Assembly: GCA_943373155.1 (NCBI GenBank)
Contig: CALSBJ010000031.1
Location: 3-64,002, forward strand
Reading direction: 5' to 3'
Length of the DNA stretch: 64,000 bases
From: Akkermansia muciniphila
Lineage (GTDB): Bacteria > Verrucomicrobiota > Verrucomicrobiia > Verrucomicrobiales > Verrucomicrobiaceae
Below, one piece after another: positions 61,349 through 64,000 of the stretch. Positions within the stretch are counted from its first letter, which is position 1. Each line of letters begins with the position of its first letter. The position numbers and the translations under genes were made by a program. The notes under the pieces were generated by a model. The model saw only the letters and a program-made list of their open reading frames with translations. It searched no databases and was not told the origin of the DNA.

Positions 61349-64000
61349 ATGAAACGTCTCACCTCTCACTTCTCACGTCTCACCACGGCTACCCATTCGG
61401 TCCTACGCCCCATCCTCTCTCTTCTCGTCCTCTCCCAGTCTCCTCTACTCGCTCTTCCCGTGGACCTCGCCGCTCCTCCGGGCGGTCTCGGCCCCACCAG
61501 CGACCAGGGCGCCGCGATCCACTGGGTGGAGATGGTCGAGATTGATTTCGGGGGTGGCATGACCTTCCCGCTGCGCATGTCCTTCCTCAGCAGCCGCGAG
61601 GAGGGAGATGGCCGTGACTTTGGTCCCGGTCACTGGCGCACGCCCCTGCATGATTCCCGCCTGATGCAGAAAAAAGACGGTCGCTGGCCGCTCCTGCTGC
61701 CTTGCGGCAAAGTCATGAGCCTCTTCCCCAAAGCCGGAGAACAAGGGGCATGGGCCACGGCGGATGAAGAATGGATTGCCCGTCCGAAAGGAGCCAATAC
61801 CCTTGTCACGCGGGAGGATGGCTGGGAATTGGAGTTCAATCCCAAAGGGAACCTCATCCGCCTGAAGGCCGACAATGGCCGCGTCCTCCTCTGGACGCGT
61901 GATGCAGATGGTTCCCTGCGCAGCGTGGCGGAGTTCGCAGAGGGCAAGCTTCTCCCGCCTGCCTACAGCGTCACTCGCGATCCCGCCACCCGCCGGGTGA
62001 AGTCCCTGCGTGTCAATACGCGCATCGGAACCAAAGAATGGCGCTACAGCTATGATGCCTCGGACCGGCTCACCTCCATCACTTTCCCGGACACCTCCGT
62101 CGTCCAAAACACCTACGGCAGCCGTGAAGACGGCCACCCTTGGATCAGCATCACCGGTCGCAATGCCATCGCCACCACCCTCACCTGGCATAAAGACAAC
62201 GGCAGTCTCCTTCACGACGGCGTCTGGAGCTACGAAATCCAGCCCCAGCCCGGCAACAATCCCGTCATGCGCCGCACCGGCCCCCACGGCGAACTGGAAA
62301 TCCAACACGACGACGCCCTCAACCATCGCACCCTCTTCACCGCCGCCGAAGGCACCCAGACCATTAAGAAGCGTGTCACCACAGGCCCGGCCAAAGGAAA
62401 GCTTCAGAGCGTTACTCGAATCCTCTCTGCCAACCAAGAACCAAAAACCAAGAACCAGGAACAGGTTTTGTATTCCGCCACCTACGACTCCCGTGGCCTC
62501 CTCGAAACCGAAACCGATGCCCTCGGCCACAAGACCACCCACACCTACACCCTCCACGGTGCCAGCATCCACACCGGCATCAAAACCCACTCTCAAACTC
62601 GCCCTGCTGCCGTCAATCCGGCCAACCCTGTCAATCCCGTCCTCGCCCCCTCCCAGGCTCACACCACCACCCAGGAATTCGACAAGCACGGCAACCTCAT
62701 CGCCAGCACCAACGTCCTCGGCCACACCTTCCGCCAGGAATACGACGCCCAAAACCGCCTGCTCAAAACCACTGGCCCCGACGGTGCCGTCGTCGAATCC
62801 CTTACCTACACAGCCAGCGGCCGCATTGCCACCCGCACCGATGCCCTCGGTGCCACCACCACCTACGGCTACGATCAAAACGGCAACCGCACCTCCATCA
62901 CCGACGCCCTCGGCAACGTCACCGAGCACGAATACGATCTCAAAGGCAATCGCACCGCCACCACCGACGCGCTCGGCCACACCACCCGCTACGAACACGA
63001 TGCCGGAGGCCGCCTCACCGCCACCATCCTCCCAGAGGTACAAGGAGCGGGACTTGCCAAGTCCCCAACAGACAAACCCAGCGCAGCCGCTAACTCCCAA
63101 CCAGGAACCAAGAACCAAGAACATCGAACGTCTTTCGCCTACGACTTCGCCGGCCGGAGACTCACCACCACCGCCCCGGACGGCACCATCACCGAAGCCA
63201 ACACCTACGATGCCCTCGGTCGCCTCACCTCTCGCACCAACGCCCTCAGCCACACCACCCGCTACGAGTATGATGTGAAACGCGGCAGCACCGGCTGCCT
63301 CTCCTGCTCCACCAGCGGCCTCCCCACCCGCATCATCTCCCCGAGTGGCCGCATCACGGAGCGAAGCTACGACGCCGACCGCCATCTCATTTCTGAAACC
63401 ATCGCCGCTGACACACCATCCGCCGCCACCACCGCTCATGTGTATGACTTGGCTGGCAACCGTCTCTACACAACCGATCCCCTTGGTCGCATCACCAACT
63501 TCCAATATGATAGCGCAGGCAACCGCACCAAGATCATCTACCCGGACAAAACCGAAAAAACCTTCGCCTACGACGCCCTCGGCCAAATGATCGCCGAAAC
63601 CAACGAACTCGGGCACACCACCCAGAAGGAATACGACCCCTACGGCAACGTCATCGCCGTCACCACCCCCGAAGGCCACACCACCCGCACGTTGTTCGGA
63701 GAAAGTGGAACAGGTTTGCAACCTGTGGTCTCCCCAACCGGCGCAGCCGCAAACTCCAACTCGCAACTCACTATTCAGAACTCAAAACTAGTTTCTGGTT
63801 CCGCCGCTCGTCGTCTCCCTCACTCCGTGATCTCCCCATCTGGCGTAACTACCACCTTCCACTACGACCTCCTCGGCCACAAAATCACCGTCACCAAGGC
63901 CCCTGGCACGCCAGAAGCCGCCACGACCACACATCAATATGACGCCGTCGGCAACGAAATCGCCTCAATCTCCCCGACGGGCATCAAAACCAGCCACAGC
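61349..64000 (+). CDS. RHS/YD-repeat protein, N-terminal 884 aa (continues past the window end)
   Basis: Absent from the ORF track because there is no in-window stop. My translation from ATG 61349 reads MKRLTSHFSRLTTATHSVLRPILSLLVLSQSPLLALP (signal-like), then many YD repeats: YDALGRLTS, YGYDQNGNRTSITDALGN, YDLKGNRTATTDALGH, YDSAGNRTKIIYPD, YDPYGNVIAVTTPEG, YDAVGNEIASISPTG. Open through 64000. Confidence 0.9.
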   Translation, partial: MKRLTSHFSRLTTATHSVLRPILSLLVLSQSPLLALPVDLAAPPGGLGPTSDQGAAIHWVEMVEIDFGGGMTFPLRMSFLSSREEGDGRDFGPGHWRTPLHDSRLMQKKDGRWPLLLPCGKVMSLFPKAGEQGAWATADEEWIARPKGANTLVTREDGWELEFNPKGNLIRLKADNGRVLLWTRDADGSLRSVAEFAEGKLLPPAYSVTRDPATRRVKSLRVNTRIGTKEWRYSYDASDRLTSITFPDTSVVQNTYGSREDGHPWISITGRNAIATTLTWHKDNGSLLHDGVWSYEIQPQPGNNPVMRRTGPHGELEIQHDDALNHRTLFTAAEGTQTIKKRVTTGPAKGKLQSVTRILSANQEPKTKNQEQVLYSATYDSRGLLETETDALGHKTTHTYTLHGASIHTGIKTHSQTRPAAVNPANPVNPVLAPSQAHTTTQEFDKHGNLIASTNVLGHTFRQEYDAQNRLLKTTGPDGAVVESLTYTASGRIATRTDALGATTTYGYDQNGNRTSITDALGNVTEHEYDLKGNRTATTDALGHTTRYEHDAGGRLTATILPEVQGAGLAKSPTDKPSAAANSQPGTKNQEHRTSFAYDFAGRRLTTTAPDGTITEANTYDALGRLTSRTNALSHTTRYEYDVKRGSTGCLSCSTSGLPTRIISPSGRITERSYDADRHLISETIAADTPSAATTAHVYDLAGNRLYTTDPLGRITNFQYDSAGNRTKIIYPDKTEKTFAYDALGQMIAETNELGHTTQKEYDPYGNVIAVTTPEGHTTRTLFGESGTGLQPVVSPTGAAANSNSQLTIQNSKLVSGSAARRLPHSVISPSGVTTTFHYDLLGHKITVTKAPGTPEAATTTHQYDAVGNEIASISPTGIKTSHS
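63050..63135 (+). repeat. In-frame repeat-element copy inside the RHS gene (palindrome GGACTTGCCAAGTCC + TCCCCAAC + GCGCAGCCGCTAACTCC + AAC/CAAG low-complexity tail)
   Basis: Read directly. It shares the ordered blocks TCCCCAAC and GCGCAGCCGCNAACTCC (63081..63097 vs 63741..63757, 16/17 identical) with the copy at 63710. Confidence 0.7.
63710..63800 (+). repeat. In-frame repeat-element copy inside the RHS gene (palindrome ACAGGTTTGCAACCTGT + TCCCCAAC + GCGCAGCCGCAAACTCC + low-complexity tail)
   Basis: Read directly. It encodes GTGLQPVVSPTGAAANSNSQLTIQNSKLVSGS, which interrupts the YD-repeat periodicity without a stop or frameshift. Confidence 0.7.

Noticed and set aside
61445-63766. 773-aa minus-strand ORF and 422-aa Pro-rich plus-strand ORF (62010..63278)
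   Set aside because: Both overlap the frame that encodes unmistakable YD repeats (YDxxGN/R...). That frame is missing from the ORF track only because it has no stop inside the window.

Overview
GC-rich bacterial chromosomal window (roughly 60% GC by eye). The gene content and repeat style suggest a PVC/Verrucomicrobiota-like organism, but that is a low-confidence inference. No rRNA, tRNA, CRISPR array, transposase or integrase was recognised. Positions 1-41639 form one very large surface-glycan (EPS/LPS-type) assembly locus, almost entirely on the minus strand. It holds about 10 GT4 and 4 GT2 glycosyltransferases, 2 MOP/Wzx-type flippases and a Wzy/O-antigen-ligase-family polymerase. It also holds a small phosphoglycosyl transferase next to a degenerate fusion paralog, 2 hexapeptide acetyltransferases and 2 FkbM-like methyltransferases. 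Further members are a TupA-like ATP-grasp enzyme, an NPP/alkaline-phosphatase-family enzyme, and a nucleotide-sugar module (PMI, GDP-mannose pyrophosphorylase, UDP-glucose dehydrogenase, UDP-glucuronate decarboxylase). Nine gene junctions are ATGA stop/start overlaps. Signalling modules sit inside this locus: a STAS / RsbW-kinase-PP2C fusion / CheY-like partner-switching set, and an H-NOX gene translationally coupled to an HNOBA-PAS-GAF-HK-REC-HPt hybrid kinase. Positions 41987-47815 are a divergently oriented second unit with an O-antigen-ligase-like protein, a PAS hybrid kinase, a large WcaJ-type phosphoglycosyl transferase and an NlpC/P60 protein. Housekeeping genes follow (comM/yifB, mutM, a vapC PIN toxin, glpX). 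Next come a proline-rich membrane protein, tandem pilT paralogs, a yqjD/yqjE/yqjK-like trio and a receiver-kinase fusion. The window ends with an 813-aa protein carrying about 24 thrombospondin-type-3 calcium-binding repeats, then a 5'-complete but 3'-truncated RHS/YD-repeat protein. The RHS reading frame carries in-frame copies of a short palindrome-containing repeat element. Start codons were re-picked wherever the ORF-track N-terminus overlapped the upstream gene.
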